From a virus (lineage: Duplodnaviria; Caudoviricetes), in IMG/VR virus record IMGVR_UViG_2541047295_000015, positions 54,867 through 118,866 of that record: a DNA stretch of 64,000 nucleotides; one strand, 5' to 3'. How positions within the stretch are numbered: the first letter of the stretch is position 1; the number at the start of each line of letters is the position of its first letter. A model generated the notes under the pieces. It was not told the origin of the DNA. It ran no database searches and worked only from the letters and a program-made list of their open reading frames with translations. Both the position numbers and the translations under genes were made by a program. Below are positions 41,205-50,859 of the stretch, piece after piece.

Positions 41205-41471
41205 CTAGTACTTATTTTGTTTTATGTCTTGTATGGTTCTTGTACTACAATTCCATTTCTCAGCACATTTTCTTAGACTCATACCATTATTTAAGTCTTT
41301 TTTTATTTTACTTACATCTTCATTATTAAATCTCTTACTTCTTCTACCTTGTGTAACGACATAATACTGCTTGTCCTTTAGGTCAATATATTTTATATTA
41401 GAGCTATCTAATTCATTTATATTCTTTTTTTCTACAAGTACGAATTCTTTATCTTTATATTTAATACTCAT
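41205..41471 (-). CDS. Small HTH DNA-binding protein (paralog B)
   Basis: Same length and clearly homologous to 40207..40473 (MSIKYKDK, QGRRSKRFNNE). Confidence 0.7.
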   Translation of the reverse strand: MSIKYKDKEFVLVEKKNINELDSSNIKYIDLKDKQYYVVTQGRRSKRFNNEDVSKIKKDLNNGMSLRKCAEKWNCSTRTIQDIKQNKY

Positions 41472-41496
41472 AATTTTCTCCTTTGAAAAATCAATA

Positions 41497-41880
41497 ATTT
41501 CAGAAGTACGGAGCTAGTATAGCCATTTTTTGGATAAAACTTTTTTACTTAGACTTATATTACCCAAAAGTTAGGTTTATGTCTATGTTTCAGAAGTACG
41601 GAGCTGGTATAGCCATTCTTATCAAATATAGTAATTGCAATGGCTTTTCAGAAGTACGGAGCTGGTATAGCCATTTTGTTGAACAGCACTATTTTCAAAG
41701 AATACAAAGATAATTTTTTGTGGTAAATGGAGATAATTAGAAACAAAAAAAATTTTTCGACATGATTTTTAAGCAAAAAAAGGCTATTTTTTGATAAGTA
41801 CGGAGCTGAGATAGCCTTTTTGCTTTTTTGAAAAATTAATAATTTGATAAGTACGGAGCTGAGATAGCCTTTTTGCTTTT
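41497..41880 (+). repeat. Five iteron-like direct repeats (putative replication origin)
   Basis: Core AAGTACGGAGCT(G/A)G(T/A)..TAGCC at ~41504, 41594, 41652, 41796 and 41849, beside the Rep-like gene. Confidence 0.8.
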
Positions 41881-41881
41881 T

Positions 41882-43423
41882 TTATTTATCAACTATATAA
41901 TCTGGTAAGGATAAAATCGTATTATTTATAAGTAATTTTCTTTTTTCGACATCCTCATAGAAGAAAACATCAAAATGCGATAATCCTCTTTTATAATCTT
42001 TTATTATAAACTGGTTTTCCTTTATTTCATTAAAACCAGCTTCAAGATAATCCATATTTTGTTTAAGAGTTTTTTTATTACTTAAGTGGACATCAAACTT
42101 TATGTCTTCTATATTATATCTAAAACTTTTATTTCTAATATTCTCACCAGATGAGATTAAAGTATATCTTTTTCCTTCTAAAAAATAAGCTAAATTAATA
42201 GATTGTACAAGTGTTAATTTTTTTAACTCATTTTTATACATTATATCTGTATTCACCTTTTCAACTTCTTTGATTAAAGACTTTGTAACTTCTATAAATT
42301 CTCTGTCATTTTCATCTTTTGAAATCATTACCCTTGAAAATAAGTTGAAACTCATTTCAGATTTTAATTCTCCAGTATCTTTGATTTGATTTACGTAAAA
42401 AGTATAATAAGGTAACTTTAACAATCTATTTCTTATATTAGTGTAATTGTTCTTACCATCAGAAAGACCTAAATATTTAATTAAGTCACCAAGATAAAAT
42501 GCAAAAGAATGCATATGGCTATAAGTATATACAAATCTTATTATTTCTAAGTCTTGTTTGTCTAGATATATTTTAGGTAATGCCTTTTTTTCTGTTTCTT
42601 GATTTATAAGTTCAAGTTTTAAATTCTCAACGACATCATCTAAAGATTGATGAAATGAAAATTCATAAGAAAAGTTGGTTTGTATTCCTAAGAAACTTTT
42701 AGCTTGATAATCTTCTGATAAATAAGAATCTTTATTTCTCTTAACATTTATATGTGTATGTTTTTTACCTTTTGTTATAGGTAAAAATATACCAGGTGCT
42801 AAATGTGGAGGAGTTTTGATTTCTATTTTATTAACATCAAAATCATATTCATTCTTTAATATTTCTGTTATACAAATAAGAATATCATGAGTAAATGCAG
42901 AAGTTATTTTACTTTCACTTAACTCTTGTAAATATGGATAATCACAGATATTATATGTGTTGTTAGAAGTCCATTTCTCTAAAAAGTCTTTTCTTGTATC
43001 TAATAACTCTTCTGGTGTTTTTACCCCAGCACTTATAATTCTGCCAGTTTTTATATACTCATTTTTAACAGTGTCTAATTCATTTTTTAAATATTTTTTA
43101 CTTTTTTTCCCTAATGAATCAAGAGCCATTTTAGCCCATCTTTGTTTTAATTTCCATGAAGACATATTCTCATAGCTTCTTAGTTTTTTAACCTCAGTAC
43201 TTGAATATATAGATTTGAATTTATCATAAATTATTTTATATAGGAATTCTTCAAATTTTAAACTTATTTCTTCAGCGGACATACCTTTCAATCTAAAAAT
43301 TTCAAAATATTTTCTTGTTATCATTTTAAATCTATCATTATCATATATAATATGATAAATTAAATTTATTTTATTTAGATCTTTCTGTTCATTACTTATG
43401 TTTTCTTTAATATCTTTGCTCAT
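41882..43423 (-). CDS. Putative replication initiator protein
   Basis: 513 aa. Rep_3-like 'LIKYLGLSDGKNNYTNIRNRLLKL' segment. Iterons immediately downstream. Confidence 0.55.
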   Translation of the reverse strand: MSKDIKENISNEQKDLNKINLIYHIIYDNDRFKMITRKYFEIFRLKGMSAEEISLKFEEFLYKIIYDKFKSIYSSTEVKKLRSYENMSSWKLKQRWAKMALDSLGKKSKKYLKNELDTVKNEYIKTGRIISAGVKTPEELLDTRKDFLEKWTSNNTYNICDYPYLQELSESKITSAFTHDILICITEILKNEYDFDVNKIEIKTPPHLAPGIFLPITKGKKHTHINVKRNKDSYLSEDYQAKSFLGIQTNFSYEFSFHQSLDDVVENLKLELINQETEKKALPKIYLDKQDLEIIRFVYTYSHMHSFAFYLGDLIKYLGLSDGKNNYTNIRNRLLKLPYYTFYVNQIKDTGELKSEMSFNLFSRVMISKDENDREFIEVTKSLIKEVEKVNTDIMYKNELKKLTLVQSINLAYFLEGKRYTLISSGENIRNKSFRYNIEDIKFDVHLSNKKTLKQNMDYLEAGFNEIKENQFIIKDYKRGLSHFDVFFYEDVEKRKLLINNTILSLPDYIVDK

Positions 43424-43427
43424 AAGG

Positions 43428-44366
43428 TTACTCCTTAATATATTTTTGCTTATAAATAGATAAAACTTCTTGTATCTTAAAATTTAATTTGTTATCTTCT
43501 TTGAACTCTTTCAAACTTTTGTTAGTCCAACAACCAGATTGAGTATATTTTTTTTCATTTACTTGCATTTGATGCATAATACCAGAAATTTTTAAGTTAG
43601 TGAAATTCAATTGTACTTTATTGTCTAAATAATCATTTATAATAAGCAATCTTTTACGAATTGTTGAATATCCTATCTCTTTTAATCCATTTCCATATCG
43701 GGCATCTGGCTTAGTTTTAATCAGATATTCCGAATTAGAATTAAATAGATAAAATTCAGCCGCATTACTATCTTGCTCTAGATATTGTTTGTATTCTTTC
43801 TGCTCTAATGTTTCTTTTGTAAAATCAGATAAGAGTTTGTCCAATTTAAACTCTGTATCCTTTAATTTTATTAACCTTTTTTCTAAATCTATGTCTTTTA
43901 TTTTTATACCCCTTATGTCTTCAGCATCTTTACCAATAAGCCCACAAAAAGCTGCATAGATAATAAATTTATCTTGTGCATTAGTCAATTTACTACATAC
44001 AGAAATAACTTCATTATGTGTAAGATATTTTGATAGGTCAAACTCAGCAACTAAATTTTTAGGTTTCGAAAAGTGAATGTCATAATTTAAAGTTTTAAAT
44101 ATTTTATTAACTTTAAAAATTATAGCCATTATAGCATTATATGTTTTATTTTCACTCATATCTTTTACAATTTTTTCTTTATCACTATCTAACATTTCAA
44201 CAACATAATCATTTTTTTTCTCAATAAGCTTTCCTTCTTTAGCAAACCAAAGTATTAATACTCTATAAACCTTTAGAACGCCAATTCTTGTTTTTTCAGC
44301 TTCATCTTGGAGTAATTCTGATAATACATTTTCATTTTTTAAATTATAATTCATATATTCAAACAT
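43428..44366 (-). CDS. MrpR/YopR-like degenerate tyrosine-recombinase-fold repressor
   Basis: 'NAQDKFIIYAAFCG..G...EDIRGIKIKDID' and 'LKISG'. Catalytic R and HxxR are absent. Confidence 0.6.
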   Translation of the reverse strand: MFEYMNYNLKNENVLSELLQDEAEKTRIGVLKVYRVLILWFAKEGKLIEKKNDYVVEMLDSDKEKIVKDMSENKTYNAIMAIIFKVNKIFKTLNYDIHFSKPKNLVAEFDLSKYLTHNEVISVCSKLTNAQDKFIIYAAFCGLIGKDAEDIRGIKIKDIDLEKRLIKLKDTEFKLDKLLSDFTKETLEQKEYKQYLEQDSNAAEFYLFNSNSEYLIKTKPDARYGNGLKEIGYSTIRKRLLIINDYLDNKVQLNFTNLKISGIMHQMQVNEKKYTQSGCWTNKSLKEFKEDNKLNFKIQEVLSIYKQKYIKE

Positions 44367-44487
44367 TCCTTTTTTTAAGTATATATACAGTATAACACAA
44401 TACCTTCTCTGCTTTAAATAAAAAATAAAAAAATAACCTCATTATTTTGAGATTATTTATATTAAAACTACAATTTTATTGTCATTT

Positions 44488-45108
44488 TTATTTATCATAC
44501 TTTTTTATGTATTCTAATAATGCCATACTCATTAAATCAGACTTATTAAACTCTCTATATTTTTCACAAAACTCATCAAATAAATTCCAAGCGTCTTTAT
44601 TTAATCTAACAGTAGTCCTTATAGCGTCTTTAGATGGTAAATCAATTTTAATTCCATCTTGTATAACTTCTATAACATTTGTATCATCTTTTTTATCAAA
44701 CCAATTCAAAACATCTTGTATCTTGTCATAGTCTTTTGCTAAAGAAATAATATTATTTTTAAATTGATTGTCAATTACTATGTTGTGACTGTTGTCATCT
44801 TCTATTGTCATATTAAATATAGTATCATTGTTACTCTGTGATTTATTATTTACTACATTTGTCATACCATTGTCACCAATAAATATATACTCATCATTTA
44901 TACGCTTATAACCTCTTTTAGTGAGATATTTTCTTATACTACTTTCAGACACGCCAAGCTCTATGGCAACTTTAGTCAAACTCTTATTATCATTTAATTT
45001 ATTATTAATATATTCAACTATATATGTTATATCATTATTTTTCAAATCGTTCCAAGTCATTCTAATCACCTCTAAATCAAGTATACTATATGAGATTACG
45101 ATTGTCAT
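44488..45108 (-). CDS. HTH plus ribbon-helix-helix DNA-binding protein
   Basis: N-terminal HTH 'SLTKVAIELGVSESSIRK'. C-terminal RHH 'RTTVRL...KSDLMSMALLEYI'. Probable start at MTW (~45060). Confidence 0.7.
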   Translation of the reverse strand: MTIVISYSILDLEVIRMTWNDLKNNDITYIVEYINNKLNDNKSLTKVAIELGVSESSIRKYLTKRGYKRINDEYIFIGDNGMTNVVNNKSQSNNDTIFNMTIEDDNSHNIVIDNQFKNNIISLAKDYDKIQDVLNWFDKKDDTNVIEVIQDGIKIDLPSKDAIRTTVRLNKDAWNLFDEFCEKYREFNKSDLMSMALLEYIKKYDK

Positions 45109-45169
45109 ACTATGTTCATCTTTTAATTCTATCTTTTATCTACATATATTTCTGGATTCTATCATTTTT

Positions 45170-45352
45170 TTACAATATTATATCTATCAAACAATAGATA
45201 ATTAAACTTAGAATACATAAAATTATCCACCCAATAAAACTCTCCTTTTTATTATCAAACATATTTAAAAACTTTAATGAGTCTTTAAATATCAAAATAG
45301 ATAATTTAATAATTATACAAATCCCTAATGAAATAAATAATATTTTAAGCAT
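45170..45352 (-). CDS. Small two-TM protein
   Basis: RBS AAGGAG, hydrophobic. Confidence 0.5.
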   Translation of the reverse strand: MLKILFISLGICIIIKLSILIFKDSLKFLNMFDNKKESFIGWIILCILSLIIYCLIDIIL

Positions 45353-45458
45353 TTTTTTCTCCTTATTAATATAGGTTATATTTAAAATTATAACTAAAAA
45401 ATATCCTAAAATATATCATATATTTTAGGACATTTTTTTAGTATTATATATTTTTAAA

Positions 45459-46079
45459 TTAATTATTTCTTAAATAAAGACCTTCAATAGAACAAATTTT
45501 TTCTATTGTATTTATAAAATCTGTACTATTCTCTATGTATATCATTACAGCCAAACTATTTATATCAAAAGATATTTTTAAATCTAATAAAAATATATTT
45601 ATAAATATCTTTTCTCTAAAGGCTAATTTCAACAATGAATTAATAGCAAAATAATCATTTTTAATATCTTTAAATTGAAATAGGTTATTCTTAATAATTT
45701 TTAAATTTTCAATATCTTCTTCTGCTATTACATCTTCAATATTTTCACACTCTTTTTTATAATCAATATAATTTGTACTTATAATAATATCGTTACTATA
45801 GTTAAGTAATAATAGTGTTGTTTTTAAAAATTTATATTCTTCAAAAAGATAGTTAGATTTGTCAGAATATAAATCAAAAAAGATTTCTAAAACATTATGT
45901 GGAGAATCTACATTCATTCTTTTAGGGAATCTATCTATAAATTTAATATTTTTTTCCAATAAATCTGGTGACATAAGTTCAGTATCTATCCATAATGAAT
46001 GTTCTTCTATGTTCTCAGCACAGTCACTACTTATAATTAAATTTTTAAAATGCTTATGTATTTTTTTTTCTAAATCCAC
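45459..46079 (-). CDS. Putative immunity protein
   Basis: Acidic cytoplasmic protein whose start overlaps the toxin stop. Confidence 0.5.
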   Translation of the reverse strand: MDLEKKIHKHFKNLIISSDCAENIEEHSLWIDTELMSPDLLEKNIKFIDRFPKRMNVDSPHNVLEIFFDLYSDKSNYLFEEYKFLKTTLLLLNYSNDIIISTNYIDYKKECENIEDVIAEEDIENLKIIKNNLFQFKDIKNDYFAINSLLKLAFREKIFINIFLLDLKISFDINSLAVMIYIENSTDFINTIEKICSIEGLYLRNN

Positions 46080-46588
46080 TACTTACCAACAACCCTTCCT
46101 TCAGAATCTAATGAACCAATTCTATTACCTTTTTTATCTTTTAATTTCCACTTGCTACCTTTATGACCATCTCTATCTGGGTCTATTTTCCAACCTGTTT
46201 TTGAATTTTCTCTAACTCCATTTTTCAATCTTTTATCAAACTTCCCAATGCCAACTGTTCCATCTGCATCCTTTAGCTTCTGTGGTATCTTTTTCCACGC
46301 GTTGTCAATTTCATTTGCAGTACTTTTTGATACACGATATATATCATATATTGTAAGTCCTGTAGCAGCAGTTATTCCTAAAGCAGCAAAAACTGATGGA
46401 GCTATTGCTATAGCAGGAATAGCAAAGATTATTCTTTCTTGAGGATTGTTAGATTGTTCCTCTTGAATTTCTTGTTGGCTTGTATAATTATCTTCGTCTA
46501 GTGCATATGTGGTTCTCATCAAAGGTATACCCAACATTATAGCTGTTAGAGCAATAGCAATTGATTTTTTTAAGTTTTTTAATTTCAT
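46079..46588 (-). CDS. Secreted polymorphic toxin-like protein (Ntox21-like RNase C-terminus)
   Basis: Signal peptide, Ala/Gly hydrophobic helix, then 'DRDGHKGSKWKL...RIGSLD..G'. Confidence 0.6.
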   Translation of the reverse strand: MKLKNLKKSIAIALTAIMLGIPLMRTTYALDEDNYTSQQEIQEEQSNNPQERIIFAIPAIAIAPSVFAALGITAATGLTIYDIYRVSKSTANEIDNAWKKIPQKLKDADGTVGIGKFDKRLKNGVRENSKTGWKIDPDRDGHKGSKWKLKDKKGNRIGSLDSEGRVVGK

Positions 46589-46679
46589 AAAACAACCTCC
46601 TTATATATTCAACTTTAAATATATAACGAATGGAAATTGCATTTTTGGACACTTATTCATAATAATTTAAAAATATGGA

Positions 46680-47057
46680 TTAACCTCTTTGATGATATTC
46701 TCTCCAATCAAAATTATCACCTTCTTTTTTTAGCCACCAATAATCTTCATGTGAACAACCATGACATTTTTTACATATCTCCCAAGGGTCATAAAAATCT
46801 AATCCAAGACCTTCTAGTATACTATTTAACCCATGTCTTTCTTCTGGCATGACTCTATCACCTATAAAATCTCTTATATTCTTATCATTAGGTTGATAAT
46901 CAAGCATTAAATCTGTGTAGTCATATAGTAGTGGTGGCAAATAATTTATATTATCTACTGTATCATACAATTTAAAACTAAATTTATCTTTATCTTCATC
47001 ATAAATAAAATCACCTATGGGAATATCTTTAAACATTAGTGTATATTTGTCTAACAT
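46680..47057 (-). CDS. HipA N-terminal-domain-like protein
   Basis: RBS AGGAGG before MLDKY. 'DIPIG.F.Y', 'DRVMPEER', 'G.S.EDYWW' pattern. Confidence 0.5.
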   Translation of the reverse strand: MLDKYTLMFKDIPIGDFIYDEDKDKFSFKLYDTVDNINYLPPLLYDYTDLMLDYQPNDKNIRDFIGDRVMPEERHGLNSILEGLGLDFYDPWEICKKCHGCSHEDYWWLKKEGDNFDWREYHQRG

Positions 47058-47076
47058 AATATAATTCCTCCTACAA

Positions 47077-47799
47077 TTAAAAATTCCACAAATCTTTATT
47101 TCTTTCTTTGTAGTCATCTAAACTTTCAAAATATTGTTCTAGAGGTTTATAATATTCATTATAGCAACCTTTTAAAGCCTGTCTATAATCATCTACAGTA
47201 TCACTTGATACTATAACTAATTTCAAATTATTCTCAAGTATTTGTTTAAGTAATAGAAATCTTCCTATTCTTCCATTACCATCTTGAAAAGGATGAATGA
47301 TTTCAAATTTATAATGAAATTCTGCTAAATCTTTTAATGTAATATCTTTTAGATTATTATACCATTCAAGAAGTTCTAATATCTTTGCTTCTACTTCAAA
47401 TGGCTGAGCTAATACACTATTAGTTCCTATTATTCTATTTGGTATTTTTTTATATACACCAGATAGTCCCATATTATGGATACTTGAGTTGTACATAAGT
47501 TGACGATGTAAATCTTTTATATATTTTTCTGTCAAACATTCTCCTAAAGTATCTATTACAGTTTCAAATACATAACTTGAATTTACTGTTGTTATAACAT
47601 CATCTAAAGTATGGTCACCTTTTACAATGTTGTACTCAATCAAATCTTGTAAACTTTCACTTGTAAATGTACTTCCTTCTATCTTATTTGAATGAAATAA
47701 AAAGTTATGTCTTAAGTCTTTATATAAAGAGTTTGGTATGTTTTTAGTATATTTTAATTTTTCTATAAATTTATTTTCAATCAATATATTCATCTCCAT
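47077..47799 (-). CDS. Fic-domain protein (AMPylase)
   Basis: Canonical HPFQDGNGRIGR. N-terminal 'HSNKIEGS' inhibitory-type motif. Confidence 0.92.
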   Translation of the reverse strand: MEMNILIENKFIEKLKYTKNIPNSLYKDLRHNFLFHSNKIEGSTFTSESLQDLIEYNIVKGDHTLDDVITTVNSSYVFETVIDTLGECLTEKYIKDLHRQLMYNSSIHNMGLSGVYKKIPNRIIGTNSVLAQPFEVEAKILELLEWYNNLKDITLKDLAEFHYKFEIIHPFQDGNGRIGRFLLLKQILENNLKLVIVSSDTVDDYRQALKGCYNEYYKPLEQYFESLDDYKERNKDLWNF

Positions 47800-47932
47800 T
47801 TTTAACTTTATTTTATATTAATAATATTAGCAAAAAGTATTATCTTTTACACTATCTTTTGAACTTTATTTGTTAATAATGATATTTAATTGAGAAAAGA
47901 ATGTTATCATAATTCTCTTCTCAATTATTTAG

Positions 47933-48049
47933 TTACATTGTAAAACCTTTAAATTTACCAGCTTTAATAATGAATGACAATCCCATTGTATGCCATCTAA
48001 AAGCATCATATAGACTTATAGTATGTATATCTTTTATATAATATATCAT
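47933..48049 (-). CDS. Small hypothetical protein (38 aa)
   Basis: RBS GGAG. MIYYIKDIHTISLYDAFRWHTMGLSFIIKAGKFKGFTM. Confidence 0.45.
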   Translation of the reverse strand: MIYYIKDIHTISLYDAFRWHTMGLSFIIKAGKFKGFTM

Positions 48050-48070
48050 AATAATCTCCAATCATTATTC

Positions 48071-48877
48071 TTATATATTTTTAACTTTTTGAAACATATA
48101 TATTTCATTGCTTAAATCATAATTAGGTTCCCAATTTTCTATGAATTTAATTGCATTGTCATAGTTCTTTTTAGCAGTGTTTTTATAGCTATTAACACCC
48201 AATTTTTTTCTATAATCTTTCCATAGTGAAAAGTATGCTCTTTTTCTTAATTTAGCATCTTCATAAGCTGAAAAATTTAAACATTGATATACTTGTATTA
48301 CTCTTCTATTTACCAAACTTCTAATAGTTTCTTGTTGATTGTAGTCTATGGTAGAAAAATCATATAGGACATTAACTTTTTCTTCTAACTCCTGTTGACC
48401 AGACTCAAGTTCCGTTTGTCTTTGTTCTAGTTTGATTATAACTTTTAACTCTGGAGATAAGTTTTCAAAAGGGTCATTTAACTTTTCTCTCATACTAAAA
48501 TATTCATCCATTATTTTATCATGAATCTCCCAAGCTAAATCAGTATCCATTATCTTAATTAATTTTGAATATCCTCTTTCAGATAATAAAAATATATTAT
48601 CAGCTTGAGTTATGGATTGCTTGGCATAACCTAATTCTAGCAACGTGTCCGTCTCAAGGACACGTTTAATATCTATATAATCTATGTCATCTTTGAATCT
48701 TTTTATATTGTCTTTTATTCTCTCTCTTATTTTTCTATTAGGCTGATTATGTATTTCAGCTATAGTCTTATCTGACATACATTTTTTATCTTCACCAAAG
48801 CCACCTTCTATAATAGGTATTTCTAAATCCATAAACGTTTGTTTTCCTTTGATTTTTAATCTATTCACTTGTTCCAT
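48071..48877 (-). CDS. Phage antirepressor (ORF6N plus ORF6C domains)
   Basis: 'IEGGFGEDKK...IAEIH', 'LLSERGYSKL', C-terminal 'GVNSYKN.....AI.FI..W'. Confidence 0.85.
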   Translation of the reverse strand: MEQVNRLKIKGKQTFMDLEIPIIEGGFGEDKKCMSDKTIAEIHNQPNRKIRERIKDNIKRFKDDIDYIDIKRVLETDTLLELGYAKQSITQADNIFLLSERGYSKLIKIMDTDLAWEIHDKIMDEYFSMREKLNDPFENLSPELKVIIKLEQRQTELESGQQELEEKVNVLYDFSTIDYNQQETIRSLVNRRVIQVYQCLNFSAYEDAKLRKRAYFSLWKDYRKKLGVNSYKNTAKKNYDNAIKFIENWEPNYDLSNEIYMFQKVKNI

Positions 48878-48989
48878 CTCCCCTTTTAAAGTTAAATTAT
48901 GTGATGTAGTTATTTTAAATTTTTAAATAGTAACTACACTTTTCTAATATTGAATTGCAATTTAATTTTAAAATTGATATAATAACTTT

Positions 48990-49052
48990 GAATTTGTTAA
49001 TGTATCAATTTTTTAGGAATTCTATACTTGCGAGGTACAGAATTCCTTTTTA
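48990..49052 (+). ncRNA. Putative ~60-nt antisense sRNA upstream of the antirepressor
   Basis: TTGCAA(48955)-17-TATAAT(48978) with TG extension. GGAATTCT...AGAATTCC+T-tract terminator at ~49016-49052. Confidence 0.55.
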
Positions 49053-49089
49053 CATTCATTAAGTATTATCATAATATCTAACCATGTTT

Positions 49090-49335
49090 TCATCTCCTTT
49101 CGCTATTTACCATGTTCTTTAAAATATTTAAATTATCATATACATATTTAATACCATTTAAAAATTGAGTTTGTTGTTTTATATATCTTCTTATATCTCT
49201 ACTCTTTGGATATTTGACCAATAAGTCCTTAAATTTTTCAATCATTTCACTTCTTGCATCAATATCATTTTCTATATATTCTAATTGATTTAATATAGAT
49301 AACTTATCATTATTATTCACTTGCAACACCTCCAT
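49090..49335 (-). CDS. Hypothetical protein
   Basis: ORF in operon. Confidence 0.5.
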   Translation of the reverse strand: MEVLQVNNNDKLSILNQLEYIENDIDARSEMIEKFKDLLVKYPKSRDIRRYIKQQTQFLNGIKYVYDNLNILKNMVNSERR

Positions 49336-49827
49336 CTAACAATATATAAGAATATTCTACATAAGTGTTAACACAATTGCTTAAATCGGTTTTACTATCT
49401 AATGTTAAATACCAATCACCCATACAAGAAGGATAAAAATAATATTTATTATCCTGTTTTATATAAACAATTGAACTTCCATCGATTAGAAACACTTTAA
49501 TGTTTCCATTGTCATTTAACTGTTAACTATATATACATCACTTGGATGACTTACATTACTTGATAACTCTTTATAAGTCTCTACTGCGTTATCTAAATCT
49601 TTTTTATTATCAAAGCTATAGTTCCAGTCACTTAGACAAACTGGATAGAAATTATAAACTTGCTCTTTAGTATCATATAGAATTATACTTTCATCTTCTA
49701 AAACTATATCTGTAGGCTCTACATAAAAATTATCTAATTCAGCAGCCTTAACTTTTGTTGCTCCTGCAACTCCAACAATAATTAAACCCAATACTATTCC
49801 CATAATCATACTTTTTAAATTTTTCAT
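49313..49827 (-). pseudogene. Secreted/membrane two-repeat protein split by a frameshift near 49516
   Basis: Both fragments carry the 'Y.FYP.C..DW...D.K.DL.N.V.TY' repeat. The alternative frame reads LNDNGNIKVFLIDG across the junction. Confidence 0.6.
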
Positions 49828-50315
49828 CTTTACATCCTCCTAGTTTAATAATTACGAACTCATACAAGCCATTGTAAGCTATTTAAAAATCATCTTAAGG
49901 ATTTATAACTTTTAATTTTTATACTCTTTAAAATCTTTTTATCAAATCACTATCATTATCAATTGATTTCTAGTATTATGTCTATAATGATAGCAGTTTG
50001 ATAAACTGTTTATCTTATTAAAATCATTCTTTTAATTACATCTTCATAAAGATAAAATCAAGTATCAAAATTAAACTATCTATATACTTTTTTATTTCTT
50101 TCTATTTCAAGTCAAATATATCTGTATTATCAATTTTGTAATATAATTTATCTAGTTGATATTCTGTAACTTCATCTATTTTATTCTGATAATGTTTTTC
50201 TTAAATCTTTGACATATCCTTTGAATTCTCTTAAGTTACTTGTTTCAAGTGATACATTAATGCCTTTAGCCTTATTTATTAACATTTTAACTCCTTCTAT
50301 AAAGTAATTATTTTA

Positions 50316-50552
50316 TTAATATATTTTAATGTCTTCAATGTTATTCTGAGTGTTATAATATATAATTTCATTCCCTAGCAACAAGCTTTTTCCATTTTTA
50401 AATAGCATATATTTGTCATTACCTTCTACATATACATTATGTGTCTTTTGCCCTGTAACATCACTTGAATTTATAACCTTCTCTACATTTGATACTATTA
50501 TTGTCATTGTAGTTAACACAAGTATTCCTAATATTTTTAATGATTTTTTCAT
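50316..50552 (-). CDS. Small secreted/membrane hypothetical protein
   Basis: RBS GGGGG, signal-like N-terminus. Confidence 0.5.
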   Translation of the reverse strand: MKKSLKILGILVLTTMTIIVSNVEKVINSSDVTGQKTHNVYVEGNDKYMLFKNGKSLLLGNEIIYYNTQNNIEDIKIY

Positions 50553-50859
50553 ATTATTACCCCCTATAATTTATTAGCCTGTTTCAATAATTCTAATTGA
50601 TTGATGTTTCCATACTTTAATAAAATACTTTCTGTATTACTCCAATAACTACTATCTAAATCCTTTCTAAACAACAATTTTATCTTAGTTATTAATTTTT
50701 TCATGATTTATTCCCCTTTTAATTATTCGCTTATTTAATATGGTAAAAACGGCGAGTTATATTTTGTTATTATTCCCTCTTGTACTTTTCTTGATTTTAT
50801 TATATTACATATTCGCCAATAATACAATATGTTTTTGTAGATATTTTATTAAAAAATTT

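Noticed and set aside
41497-41880. CRISPR array interpretation of the 5 direct repeats
   Set aside because: Spacing is irregular (about 90, 58, 144, 53 bp), there are two repeat subtypes, and there is no resemblance to the C. difficile I-B repeat. Adjacency to a Rep-like gene fits iterons.
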